A stretch of 64,000 bases of DNA from Daphnia carinata (lineage: Eukaryota), in contig NC_081332.1 of assembly GCF_022539665.2 (NCBI RefSeq), positions 3,348,001-3,412,000 of the forward strand, given 5' to 3'. The translations under genes and the position numbers were made by a program. Below the pieces are notes generated by a model. It saw nothing but the letters and a program-made list of their open reading frames with translations, was not told where the DNA came from and did not search any database. Shown here one piece after another: positions 29,501 to 43,800 of the stretch (positions are counted from its first letter, which is position 1; each line of letters opens with the position of its first letter).

Positions 29501-31469
29501 ACACAGAGATGCAATGGCGGGATGGAAATGCTGACACGAACTTGCACTCCGACTTATTGAGAGAAATAAAATATCATAAAAAAAAAAAAAAAAAAGGGGC
29601 AACTTTGTATAGAGGCAAATGGGGGGGTGAGTTAGGTGGGGCCAAGTTGCGTAATCACATCAATCAGCTCTCTCTCTCTACTACAGCTACTACTTGCTAC
29701 TATTTTCAAAGGTAAATACACCTATTTTTTTATTCTATTTTCTTAGTTGATCCATCAGACATGTACTCTGTATAATCAGGCGCGAGGTGCTATACACATT
29801 CGAGCAGCAGATGGATCAACATAGAGAGAGAGAGAAAGAAAAAAGAAAGATATAAAGATCTACAGTTGGGAATGGGGGGGAAGTTGAGGATCAAAAGCAG
29901 TCGCCCCCTTTTTGCTTTTAATGGAGTCCGATTGGACAATATCAGATATGAAGCCGGAACGCGTTGCCTAGCAATGCTCGCGTGCGAACTTCACGATCAA
30001 AAACCCACCCTTCCCTTCTCAGAAAAAAAAACCTTCCAACATCGTAATCTTCTATGCAACGGGAGGGGGAGGGAAATGCATAAGAGTTAAAAAAAGAAGA
30101 CGTGCTACATTATTACACATTTAGGATCCTACAGTTCTCTAATGTACACATCGCAAGAAATAAAATATATATTAAAAAAAAAGAGGGAAAATGCAGAGCA
30201 CAACGAAATACTTTATTAGAAAAGCTAATGAAAAAAAAAAAGAAGAGGAAACTGGGCGGTGTGTAACGCGGAATTAACTCATTAGTTTCCGGAAAGAACA
30301 ATACTACGTAGATTGGTACGCGCTCATTCCCATCCGTCCCTTTTATTGTAAATTTATTTTTTTTTTTTTTTTTATATAAAGAATAGCTGAAACTATCTCA
30401 AGATGAGGATGAAAAAAAGAGAAGCCCAGGGAGGAAAACAATATCATATCTAATACGGAACAAACGAACATTGTTTTCCCTCCCTACCTCTACCCTCCCC
30501 CCCCCCCACCCTCACTCGCCCATACTTTTCCTTCATCGTGTGCAAAGCTCTCTCGTTGTATAACCAAAGGAAAGGGTGGGAGAGGAGGGGGGCGGTAGAG
30601 CAACGATATTGAATTCCAGAGAAACTTTGCTCTGCTCTACTAATTAGACGCGTTTGAATTACACAAGCGACATTGGCTGGTGAACGACATAGAGAAACGT
30701 ACGAGAGAAAACGAGGCCTCCGTAACGATGAGAGTTCGACCATATTGTAACGTACAATTTCCATTAAAACGGCAGTTGTTGGTAGTTGAACAAAAATACA
30801 AATGCGTTTGCGAACCGAGCAAATGTCATAATGCAACACACATTGGAAGGGACGCATCATTTCTCCCTCTACAAACAAACCGGCCAGGGGGGGTGCCGAG
30901 CCGCAAAAGACAATTTTAATTTTCCAAAACCAAAAATAAAAATAAAAAAAAAGGCCAATCAAAAATTGCGTGCGTCAGACGTGGGCCAAGAGTTTGATGA
31001 AACCGATCCGTTTCATCATGTATTATGTATCGTCAATACACACACACACACGGAGAGAGAGCATTGTAATGGACAATAGAGAGGGCGAGTCCAAACGTCG
31101 CATAAATATGGCCACCACGAAAATAACAACAGAAAAGATACGCGTTGGAATCTTTCGTTGTGCCGACCGCCTGCTGTTGAATTGGTTATATCGAACTGCG
31201 AGTTATAAAGGAGAAAGAAAAAAAAAAAAAAAAGGAAATGAAAGATGAATCGACCTTCATCACGACATACCAGAGAAAGTAAGGGGGAAAAAAATTATTC
31301 CGTTCAACCCGCCGACACACATTTGTAAATATAATTTTTCCCTATCTTCAGGTTTGTATTGGAAATTAGTTGTATTCATTTTCAAACGCTTCTTCTTCTC
31401 CCTTTTGGTGGCTACTTCCCATCAATTTGTCTACGCCTTGTCTCACGCTCGTGTGTTTTCGCCCGTTTT

Positions 31470-31491
31470 AGGGCTAGGGCTAGGGCTAGGG
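31470..31491 (+). repeat. AGGG(CTAGGG)3 telomere-variant repeat, G-quadruplex-competent
   Basis: Sequence reads AGGGCTAGGGCTAGGGCTAGGG: four GGG tracts with CTA loops. Confidence 0.85.
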
Positions 31492-33624
31492 ATGTATGTA
31501 TGTGTGTGTGTGTGTGTGTGCGACCCGTTGCGCTCCATCAAACCGTCAAACGCGCAACAGAAGAAAAAAAAAATAATAAAGGGAAACATGGCGGCTAGCA
31601 AACGATAATTCTCTACCAAAGATTCAATTTCAAATTCGTTTTCAACACGACCGAGGAGGATCCAAAATGAAAAGACACTTTTCTTCTTTTATCTATTTAA
31701 AAAAAAAAAAAAAAAGAAAAAAAAGAGAAAAGCAAAACAATATCGAATGATAAGCAACAAAGAATGGCCAGACCGATCGGTTACGCAACATCTGGACGAT
31801 GGCGAGCGAATAAAAAATAGGCTTTTGTCGCACATCGATTGGAATGTTGATGAATCCTGTCCGAGTTCCCCGACTGCCATTCATCCGGCCTTTTTTTTAT
31901 TTTTTATTTGGAATGTTTCAACCCACACATACACACGGAATGGCCACCGCACGGCAGCGTACGGTCCGCATATTTAACCCTGGTCATCCATCACAAGAGT
32001 CAAACAAACGCGATGAAAGTGTTTGGGTGTTTAGAGAGAGGGGGGACATCCATCAAATAAACGCAAAAGAGAGAGGGTGTAAATAATTGCGGAATGACAT
32101 AATTCCATTCAGCCCTTATCAATATATGTTGATCCATCCCCCTTTTCTTTTATTAAAAAATATAAGGTCAATCTATTGTTCTACAACGTCTGACCAAAAA
32201 ATGCAATCGATTCAATAGCTTAAAAGGGTTGATTCAAATCCTTCACGGATCGTCACGTCAACACACAGAGGGGCGGGATTTCTCCAGCCGCAGGACAATT
32301 AGAACGATGGCCGCATAATAAAAGGCAAATGGGCCAGTAAAAAGAGGGGGAGCGTCCAAAACATATGGCTAACGAAGCCAAAACAAAAAACTGAAAGACA
32401 AGACAAGGAGAATGTTGGGGGGGGGGGGGGGGATATTCATTTGAAAATTTAAAAAAAGTCATACCGTCACGACAACGATCAGGTCATTAACATTTCTAAC
32501 AAAAAAAAAAAATCCAAAGGTATCCCAAGTTTTGATTTCCCGAATTTGCGTTCCTTTAACACGAAAAAAGGGCGTGTAGTGGCATCTGCCCATTCATCGA
32601 ACAGGGTCGTTCACATGGCAACCCAAAGCCACAAATAAAGTCGAATCGAACGGGAGAAAAGGGCAAGCGACAGTCCACGTTTTCCCATCGAAAATGCATA
32701 AATGAGTAAAGATAGTCATCACGAAAAAAAAAAAAAAAAAAAAAAAATGAAAAAGAAAACTAACGATTCTTTCATGAGTGTACGTCTACCGCATGTACGA
32801 CATACACGTCGGTCATCAAATGTCATAAAAGTGCCCCCTTTTTTTTTTTTTTTTTTTTCTTTCTATCCAGAAAGTTTGGAGGAAGGTCAGTCACACACAC
32901 AGCGAGTCCATCTCACGCCATGGGCCAAAGGCATTTCTGGTTCATCATTCCAGTACAACTCTCATCCTATCCTACCATAAAAAAATGCCTAACATCTACA
33001 CACTCACACACCAAAAAAAGAAGTTGGAAATGATATCATCCTGGAAAAAGGAGAAAATGTCAACCATGAGAGTTATTACTTGTATCCAATTCAGTTTTCG
33101 ACAGTTCCACAATCTAAAGTCAGCGCCCTCCTCGGCTGTTATTATTACTACACACTCCAGCTCCGGGTTATAGAAAACAAAACTTGCGATGGTCTCACAT
33201 TCCAAAGTTGGAATACAAAGAAGCAAAAAATAGAGGAAAAAAAAACAAACAAAAAAAAAAATACGAATCAAAATGTCGATAGACGTAGGCGCATTGCGTC
33301 CCCTGTCGAAGAGAGAGACAGTGAACCTGAGAAGATAAAATAAAGATTCTTAAGAGGAACGAGATAGATTGACGCAAAAAGACCCGAGACGAACGAACGA
33401 TTGACAAGAGGAAGGATAAAAAAAAAAAAATAAAAAAATAAAAATGAGTTCCCGTTTTATTCCTCTCCTCCCTGCGTCATTTGCAACTTGTCAAAGTTCC
33501 AGGGCAGAATCTAAGGGATATATTAGATCTGTTGTGGATACACACGCAACGGCAGCGTGAGCGGGAATGTCGTGTTGTAATACCGCTTCCCCCTCCCTTT
33601 CTCCTTCCATCGCTTTTTGACTCA

Positions 33625-33655
<31 letters not shown>

Positions 33656-33961
33656 CCTATTCGACAGTCATATATCGCTGGATTGCCGAGCGTCGTCATA
33701 CGTCGTCGAACGACATTCATTCCACACAAAAAAACAGGGGGAAAAAAAAGAGGCTCTCTGACGCACGATAACGAGCCAACCCCCTCCTCTTCCATTGGCG
33801 TTTCATCGCGTTTCAAGTTGAAATGAAGAATGGAAAGCAAAAATATCTTAGACAATCAGGGACTTACCATTGAATCCTCGACGTCAATTGTTTTCGTGTG
33901 TTTTTATTTTCGGGAAAGAAGAACGACGGGCGAAAAAAAAAGGGGATTTTCAGATGAACGA

Positions 33962-33976
33962 CACCAGGTGGCAGCA
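33962..33976 (+). promoter_or_regulatory. Candidate CTCF site
   Basis: CACCAGGTGGCAGCA closely fits the CTCF core CCASYAGRKGGCRS. Confidence 0.4.
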
Positions 33977-34848
33977 TCCAATTGTACACACCTTTAAATC
34001 CTTAAGCCTGAGGGAGAAATAAAGAACATCAAAATGGCATTAAAGACCAACATTTTCCGTTCGTACATTGAAAGAGGTATATAAATAAAAGAACGAATCG
34101 ATATGTACAGAGCACCGTGATCTCAATTGGCGCAATGACTTCACAATTGATTTATCGGTAGGCCACAATTAGGATAACAATTGACAGATATATGAAGAGC
34201 AATGCGGAAACAACTGGACTTTTGGAAACCTCCTTTTATGTCCCTCCATTCTTCCTCTTTTACACAAGCGAGGGACGTGAGTATAGAGAAAACGGGACAC
34301 GTGATCGATACACACACGAACGAACGGGTCGCGTAACGTACGAAAGGGAAACGAAATAAAAACAAAACAATGGTTGGTAGAAACGTCCTCGAGATTATTG
34401 TTATTAATTTGTAATTGGTACCGGAGGGCGCCAGCACATGCTTTGCTCAGAAATATTCCAAAGTGGCGAGGGTGAGCATCTACTGATGTAGAAGAACACG
34501 ACGGCTATTAGGGAGGAGGGAATAAAAGAAACAATGCCCTAATTGCATCTATAGCAAAAGGGGAGGAACTCAGAAATAGAGCAATCCTCCCTTAAAAAAA
34601 AAAAAAAAAAGGATGTCTTCCCATCTTTTCGCTATTGTTTTTCCTAGCGTCACTGGGCAACAACTATTGGTTGCCTAGTGCCAACTTCCCCTCGCAAAAA
34701 ACAAAGAAAATCGGTTCATTTTGCAAAAAGAAAAATGACTTTTTATAGCACACAAGGGGAAGAGGGATGTATGTAAACTTGTCTAGAATTTAAATATCGA
34801 TCTCCTTGTACATATCCCCCTTGATTCCACTTCGTCTAGATCCATTCA

Positions 34849-34873
34849 AAAATAAAATAAAATAAAATAAAAT
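34849..34873 (+). repeat. (AAAAT)5 pentanucleotide repeat
   Basis: Read directly from the sequence. Confidence 0.9.
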
Positions 34874-37800
34874 AAAGTGATCTGCCTTTTCTTTTTCCGG
34901 TTTGTGCAGCGCGCCCGATCTCCATCCGCACCGATGCGTTCACGAAAAAAAAAATAATAATAAAAAACAAGGTCTCTAAATACATGGCAAATCATCCATA
35001 AAGAAGTAGCGTTACGTTCCGAAAGATAACTGTGAAAAAGAATTCGTAACGCCCGTTAAAATTGGCTATCGTTTGAAGTTGGTCCATTTGACCGGGTCCC
35101 TTTTTTTTTTTTTTTTTTAATTTTATTATTTTTTTTTTTTTGTTTAATTTTTATTTCCCTTAGTTGCGTCAGTCAAGGAAAGAAGGAAACGGATGCTAAC
35201 CATTGCTGATCGTTGGTTATCTGACCAGTGGACTTTTTTTTAAGCAGCCTATCGATTCAGTCCACAGATCTTCTTTCAGCAAAGGGAAATAAAAAATGGT
35301 GAATAGAAAGCAAAAGAAAAAAAAAAGAGGGGGGGGGGGGGGGAACATCCTTGGTGACATCGACAGTATTCCCCTTTTTTTTTTTTTTTTTTACAAAAAG
35401 GAATACCGAGAAAAGGAAATTGAACAGTCGGCCGATGAAAAAGGCCCTTCCTAGTAGCGTGACACGACATCATTACGCATCCGAGCAGACGGCAATCCGT
35501 GTACGATGGACTGTACGACATGTCAACAGTGAAATTGCTACATTTTTCTGCGAAAACATCGAACGCAAAGATCGCCATTCGAATTCTGGTTTGTAAATGT
35601 CAAAGAATTGCACATTTTTTCTCTATTTGTCTACGGGCTTACATTTAAATTTTTTCTTCTTATAAAGTCACGACGGGTGATTTAAAAAAAAATAAATTAA
35701 GCACAAGCCCCGTCTCTCTTCCGTGTTGTTACAAAGTTTAGACCAAGTGAGGGACGAACGGGAGTTGCAAAGTGGCCCCAGACAAATGGATTCTATCATT
35801 TTATTCATTTTATTCTTTTTATTCTTTTTATCTTTTTAAATTTCTACTTTCCGCTTTGAAATTTGACTTTTAATGTTGTTGTCATTGTTATCAAAATAAA
35901 TAAATGGAATCTGATGGCACGTAGGGCGGAGTTGTAGGGGAGGGTGGAAGGGTTTTAAAGAGGGGGGGGGGGGCCGTCTGGCCAGACAGGAGCGCATCAA
36001 ACCGCCCCCGTCTCTTTTTGCCGCTTTTCAATAATAATCGACGAGGCAAATCTCATTCCGGAGTAGAAGGAGAATAAGAGAGTGAAAGCAAAGAACGGAC
36101 CGAACTCTCCTTCCCCTCGAAAAAAAGGAAAGAAGCCCCATGTTATTACGGCCCTTGTCAGATGAAATTCAAGAGATAGACGTGTCACCCGAGAACATCC
36201 CTTCCCCCCCCCCCCTTCTTCTCCATCCAATTCGTCTAAAGGTCTACATCATCCAACAGTTCCAGTGGATTGCGGAAGAAAAATAAAAACCTTTTTCTTT
36301 TTTCCCACTGTCCGAAAGAAAAAAAAAACCGCGGATGGGAACCCGCAGAACGATCAACATTTGACCAATTCAAAAAAAAAAAAAAGATAAATAATAAAAA
36401 TAATAAAGCCTCTCTTCGGATTAAATAGAACGGAAGAAAGAATAAACAAATCAAAAATCTCTTTGGACTTTCTGGAAAAACTCTTTCGTCGCCTGTCATT
36501 CCAGCCTTTGCTCTTGAGCCCCGCGATCGAGTATAAGAACAGCACACACACACACACAAAAAAAAATAAGAACTGACGCAGAGGGGACTTGGAACGCCTC
36601 AATCCAACTCGTAGAGAGTAACACAATCAAATCGAAAAGAAATCCCTCTTTCCAATGGAGGAAGAAAAAAAAAATAAATTGTATACAGTATAAACATGCT
36701 ATCAAAAGAAATCCTCTCTCTCTCTCTCTCTCTCTGTACGCTCTTTTTTTTTTTTTTTCCTATATCGACAGTTGACACAGACAACTCCGGAGAGTCTATA
36801 CATACAAACAACAAACTTACACATGGAGCAAAAAGTCGCACACACAACTAACCTCCCGACCGAACAAAAAAAAAAAAGAGCGAAATGGTTGGAGGGGACC
36901 GTCTATTGGCAGAAGAGAGGCAAACAAGATCGGATATTTCTTATTTATTTTTTTATTTATTTCACATGCGTAGGCGACTAACCTCCGGTTTCTGTCGTCC
37001 GAGCAGCAGAATAAACATCAAAAAGGTATTCAAGGAATCAGAGAAAATCAAACGCAAATAAATACGACCCAAGAACAGCCTTCGTTTTGCCGAATAAAAG
37101 TTTCCGAGGAGATCGAATGAGCGCCGCTCATAAAAAAAATATATAAATAAATACGAGAAGCCCCAGGAAATTCGAATCGTCTGGTCTTCCCTCCTTTTTT
37201 TTTTTTGGTCAGAATTCACAGAGTTCGTCGAAAAAGAAAGGCACAACCCGCAGCAGCCATGTCTAAGGAAATCTTTTATGTCGAATGCGTATGTCGGACG
37301 CCAGTCCGGATATACAGTACATAACGCACAGTCGAGTGGGGAATCCACCCGCCAACGTTTAAAGCTTGCGGGAGGGGGAGAAAGCACCACAGAAATAAAT
37401 AAAAAAAAAATACATATCCTACCGCTACATAGCCGTCCATTGTGTTATTCTATCACGCCAATCTGTCCCCCCTCCCCTCTCCACTCTATAGGGAATCGAG
37501 ACGGAAGAAAACATTTAAAAAAAAAAAAAAAAAAAAAGTACAAAGATGCGGGGCGAAAATCAAAACTCCAATGTGTCGATATCCATAAGGAAATCAAAAT
37601 GAGATGTGGAAGAGTGTTTACCGATGGTGGCCGGTTCGACATATAGGGGACCGCAAAGGACGTTGGGGAGGGAACGGTCACCCAGCGCATGTGTTGATAA
37701 TTACAAACACACAAGAAAAAACTGTGTGTGTGGATGACGCCAGCCGGATGCGAAGTTATACGAAATGAGGGTCGTTAGATGTGTATATAACGTAGAGTGG

Positions 37801-40800
37801 GAGCAGGAGCAAGCCGAATTTTATTTTCTCTCTCTTATTTTTCTGTGTGTCTGGTTCAAGGATAGAGAACGTGAAAGAAAAAACGGGCGGCGCCGTTTGC
37901 GTTGTCTACGGTAAACAAAAAAAGAAAACGCTCCCAATGGGAACACGGACGCTCAACAAATAACGAAACAAAACGCCGCCAACCTTTTTTTTATGTTTTA
38001 GTTTTTGTTTTTCCGCTAGCGCTTCTGTTCCCTCTTTCTTCAGTTCGACTGTCCAGATAAAATGCCTATACATCGCAAACGCTGATAGGTAATTTTTTGT
38101 TTTCCTTCTTTTCATGTGTTCCAGCTCCTACCGACTTCCTGTGTCCATTCGTAACGTAAAAAAAAAAAAAAAAAAAAAAAAGAGAAAGAAAAAGCGAAGT
38201 TGAAAAATGTTTGACCACAACGCGTGGGCGGCGGCCTTTCATTTCGATACGTAGTGTCTCCTCTATGTGTGGAATTATTGCCGCCTGTCATTGTATCCCT
38301 CTACTGCAATTGCCTCAACTCAACTGTTGAAAATTTTCAGGGATTGTACCGAAAAAAAAAAAAAGATTCAACCGACCGTGTAATAGTTCGCTTCTTTTCT
38401 CTTTCTAAAAGAAAAAAAAAACTGGGGAAACGATAAACAAGCGCTCGACCGTCAATGGATGAGCACTTGGTGAGGACGGGGCGAGGGGAGAGAGAGAGTT
38501 ATAACACGCGCTCCTGCAAGTCTTTTTCTATTTCACCAAGGATTATTATCTACCGGACGAAATCTACTAGCCACCGAAGGGAAAAAAAAAAAAAAAAAAA
38601 AAAAATATGAGAAACGGAAGAGACATGAAAAATAAAATTAATTGTTTTTGAAAATAAAAAAGTTCGGCCTTGTTTAATGCGCTACGGTTTAGCAGTGGGG
38701 TTATACAGTTGCTGGATTATCGATCGCCTGTTGTGATAACCGAAGGGAAAAAAAAGTGTGTGTGTGTGTGTAACGGGCGAATTGCCCAAAAAAATAGTCC
38801 GGCAGGTCCAAAAAGGCACGGCCAGTTCTTGGCCAGTTGACGATAATTAGACGCAACGAAGCATCAAGAGAAACAGATCGGACTCGATCAGCAAAAAGAA
38901 AAAAAAAAAAAAAAAATCCTCAACATTTTGATCTCAGAGGAAACCCCCCCCCCCCCCCTCATCGGTTCTCTTTTCTCTTCCCCAAAAAAGTAAAGGGAAA
39001 AGTGGACAGAAAAATATTAAACCCAATACTTATTGGCATTAAGTCAACAAAAGATCTGATTACAATCAGCTGCCAGAAAACATTCCAAACAACCAAACGG
39101 AAATGTTTATTCTCTCTTCCCTTTTTTTTTTTTCATTTCCTCTTTTCTTCCCCCCCCCCCCTTTTTTTGTCACCCTCCAAAAATACACCACTAGGTGGTG
39201 TCTTTGACGGCCATAAGTCCGTTAACACGACCTTAATTAACCCCAGGACCCAACAAAAAACAAAAAAAAAAAACATTTCAAAATAATAATAAAAAATGGA
39301 AGGAAGACCCAGTAGAAGAAACGGCTTGACTTCGGGATCGTCACGCGCTAGCCGCAAAGAGGTTAACTGCGTGTGAGCAAATGATTCATTGCTTTGGCGA
39401 TACGCCGGCAGGGGTTGCGCACTTACACGCGCGGGAAAAGATTTACACTCAATTTAAAAACCAACAAAAAAAAAGAAGAAATAGCGACCTTCATTATTTC
39501 GAAAAACATGAAAACGCAGCCTATAAGCCAAGATGATCGTCTATTTCTTTTGAAAAGAAAAAAAAAAAATAACTGGATACTTTACGGCTGTGTATATTAT
39601 GCAACGAAGAAAAGAAGAATGGGGAGATCGCGACGTAAAACGATTAGGAGCGGGACTCGCGAGTTGTTAAGTTTGTTCATGTTACCGATAAAGTTCCATT
39701 AATCAAGAATAACGAGAGTTGGCAGAGAAGCTGAGGGACTACGTCAACTGCGACGAACGAACGAGGTGTGTCCTCTCACGTTCAGCAAAAATGGAAGGGG
39801 AAAAAAGGGGACAGGCAAATACATAAAAAATATAATAATAAAAAAAAAAGAGCGAAAGAGATCGTATTTCGAAACGCTTTGGCGTCCATAGAGAGGCCAC
39901 TGCGGCCGTTCATTAATCTCTTTCGTAACATGGGAGTCGCACAGACAGAAAATGGAGAGACCTCTCCAGGACGAACTTCATTATTCTTCATGAAATAGTT
40001 CCAAGTCATCAATTCAATCAATTTGATTGCCAGCAGCTCTTTACACAAAACATTTCCATCCACTTCTGTTCTTCTCTCTCCCTATTTTTCAAACAGCCTA
40101 CACACACACATCACAATTTCTGATGGCATTATTCGAAATGCGCATAAAAACAATAGAAATATCTTTTTGACACGCCTACATCCTCATCTCTGATATTCCC
40201 CCCCCCCCAAAAAAAATGTATAAAAATAAAAGACTACTGATAAATCAAGAGGATTAAACGACGAGTTGAGAGGAGAATTGCATCTAAGAAAAAAAAAAGA
40301 AGAAAAGTCTATGACGGACGTCTTCCTCTTTCTCGTCAGTAAAAGAAAAAAACGTCTTACATAATTCAAGCATAGACACATCATTGGACGTGTTCGTTTC
40401 CCTTTTTCCTACCTCCTACACTGTGTTCAAGTTTCTCTTCAGCCACTGACAAGCTTTTAAAAACCGAGGTCGATGCATTAACAAAACGATTTGACCATCT
40501 GGAAAAAGAAAGAAGTACTCGCTGCACTGCAACCCCTCGAAGATGAGAGGGTGCAGTTAAGACTTGTGTTACGAAAAAAAGAAATAAGGGAAATTTCAAA
40601 TGTAATATACAGACGAACCCTCCGACTTGCACACCCCCATTTTTCGTGTCCCTTATCCTGCACGATCAAGATACCACAAAATATATGTTAATGCGACTGA
40701 CAGGAGAACAACAATCGGATGCGCCAGAGACTGACGAAAGCCATAAATGTGTTTCGTTTACTGTATTACAATACTTAAACGTATCCGACGTGAACGACAG

Positions 40801-43800
40801 CGACAGTCAGAGGGCGCCACCAATTTCCATTCACCCTCCCCATTACTCAATTCAAAATAAAAAAAAAAACACTATCCCTCCCCCCCTCACACTGAGAGAA
40901 AAAACGAAAGGAAATCCTGCTTTCGAGAGTCACTTGTTTTTTTTTTTACATCTCTATTCATCCCCCCTTCTCTTCTCTTTATTACATCTGACTCGTGTGT
41001 AACATCTAATTGAAACATTCCTAGTTTTGTAAGCAGGTGAAAGAGGGTCGGCGGGAAATAGAGAATGAAAATTTAAAAAAAAAAAATTGTTTTTGATGTA
41101 CACAATTATATACTAGTCATTTTTAGGGGGCGCGGTCAAACACACACACATGTACAGAGAATTGGAACTTGATGAGTTCCACCTTTTTCTTGTTTATGGC
41201 CCGTGCCCGGTGCGTATCGAACGAGCACCGGAACTCTGCAAACGGCAGCTTGCGGGATAGAGTGAACGAAGGGGGGGGGGGTTGCTATTGGCTTGGTGAT
41301 CCATCAAGTGTTTCCTAATGTTCAGCCAAACTCTTCTTTCTATCTTATTTTTTTTTTTTTTTTTTTTAAGAGTTGCAAGTAAGAAAAGAAGCAGGAGGCT
41401 ATCGCAATCTCGACAGGACGAAAAGGAAGAAAAGATACACGACCAACATAAATAGAGCGTCCATTTTATCTTTTAGGCTACGCACCAAAGAGTCAAGTTA
41501 TGCTATTCTTTCTTCTTTAAAAGTTTCCTTCTTTTTTCTCTCTCTACTCTCGAATGGATTGGAAGCCCACACACGGAAACTCGCCTCCCTTCCGGTTGAA
41601 CAAGAATCGCTCGATACGTAGCGTTTGGCGTCGAATCGACGATCGTTTCCTATCTGCGCAGCCAACCCCTTTACGTCAAGCCAGAACAAATAGATCAACC
41701 TCATCAAGTCAAACTCATTAATCTCATCATACACTCCCCCCCCCCCCCACCTTCTTTTTTTCTATCCCAATTTTCTAGTTCACCAGTTTCAAAAAGATTC
41801 ATGTTCTTCTTCATAAAAAAAAAAAAAAAAAAAAATCAAAATTCAAACTCATAAATTATACGCCTGTCTCTAACTTTCATAGTCCTTTTGATCGTCTCCA
41901 GTTTCCCGCTAGGTACAGGGATGTGCGCCTCGTCGATCCGAGGCCGTTTGACGTCAATGACTGGTGACACATTCCGCGGAAGTTCCGTCGGCCCTGCGAA
42001 GCGCTGGAACGCGATGACACTTTTTTTTTAGTGGGGGAGATTGTGAGACTAACGAAGCGAAATGCCCTCTCATCGGTAGGTATACAAACGCACCCCGGGA
42101 CGGTAAACATGACGCCGTTGCTTGGGATAAACCGATGTCGAAATACAAACTTGGTAGATCGAAAAGAAAGACACCCCTCATGATGACAAGTTATTTACAA
42201 AAAAAAAAAAAAAGGAGAGCGAGAGGAAGAAAAAGGGTTTGTGTCAACAAGCTCCAGTTTCTGTTGATTGACAACAGTATAAAGATTAAATTCAAAAATC
42301 GAGAGGAAAAAAAAAAAAAAAAAAGGAAATTTTACAAAATTCAGCACGATTCAAAAGCCTATAGACGAGTGTTCATGGGAGTTTCGATCAAGTTTCTAAT
42401 TAGTAACAGGCTGAACAGCCAACAGGGAATAAAGCGAGACTTCCTTTTTTTGTTAAAGAAGCAGCAGCAGCGGCTGAAGCTCACAAAATGTAAGGCTTCA
42501 TTAGCGTTGCTGGTCCCTGTCGATGATTAAAATCCTCCAAGGCGTGTACCAACAACGGAAACGGGAGTCAGTAGTCAAGGAAACAGGGGCAGAGAAAGAA
42601 AGAAAAAAAAAAAAGGGAAACACGCGCGCATACACAAATTGATGTCTAGCGATATAAATATACAGTGCGCTTTCAATCAAGTCAAAGAAGCCAAAGTTAT
42701 TCTCGTTTCATTAAGAATAAATAGGAAACACATCAACAACCGACCCATCGTTGCACACGAAAAAAAAAAATAAATAAATAAAAAATAAAAATACAAAGTC
42801 CCGCACTTTGATCCGGCACTCCCGAGGGCGGTTCCGGTAGTGTTCGGGCGGATGAGGAGGGGGTGGAGTAAAGAAGAAGGAAAGAAAAAAAAAATGACAT
42901 GATGGCAAGCGGAAGAGGTTTTAAGCCTCTAGTGCACCTTATCTTTCGAGCCAAAGAGCTGTGCCATAGATTGTGTGTGAGTAAGCAGTAGCAGAAGAAG
43001 ATGACTCATTGGGAACGAATAGGAGGAGCATTGACGAAGCCCAGCCACTCCACCTTCTTGAGCCGCAGTGAGCCGTACAACATTTCTTTCTTAATCCACT
43101 CTACTTAAAAGATTACCGAGCCATGTGTCGATTCTGTCCTTAAGACTGTCGACGTCGTTGCCAAAGCGACGAGGAAAGAGGCAATTGATGGGTAATTTTA
43201 TAAGCTGATCATCAGTTTATATCCGCATTAGCCAAAACGACGGACGCATTCCCCCCTTCTCCTCTTTAGCCCGGGAACACGTGCGTTCGAGCCTGAGACA
43301 AGATCAAATTTCTCTTTTTTTATTATTATTATTTTTTCTTGATCGACGGCAACAAAATGGCGAATCGTATTTTCTCCTTTTTAAAAAAATCAATCAAGGA
43401 AATCTACTCTGGCGCCAGGATGACATCAAAACGAAATGAATCAGCAGCGTTAAGCCCGACGTTTGCCGAGGACGATTCAATTAAACAAATCCCTCGTTTC
43501 CCGTTGTGCCTTAGGCATAAACGGAACTGTGAACGGTACAAAATTCAATCCAACTCATCCTGCTTGAAAAAGGGAAAAAAAAAAAACGACAAACAAATGC
43601 TCGAAAAAGCATACATGACTCGATTGGAACGACTTTTCCCGATTGAGGTGTTGAAGGGATTCAAACACAAATAACAAAAAAAAAAAACATGGAAAGAAAC
43701 GGAAACGCGTTACGGCTTCCTTAAACATTAGAAAATAGTGATAATAAGGATAACCAGAGTTCGGTGCCATAATTAAATACAGGACGCCTCGTGTTACATG

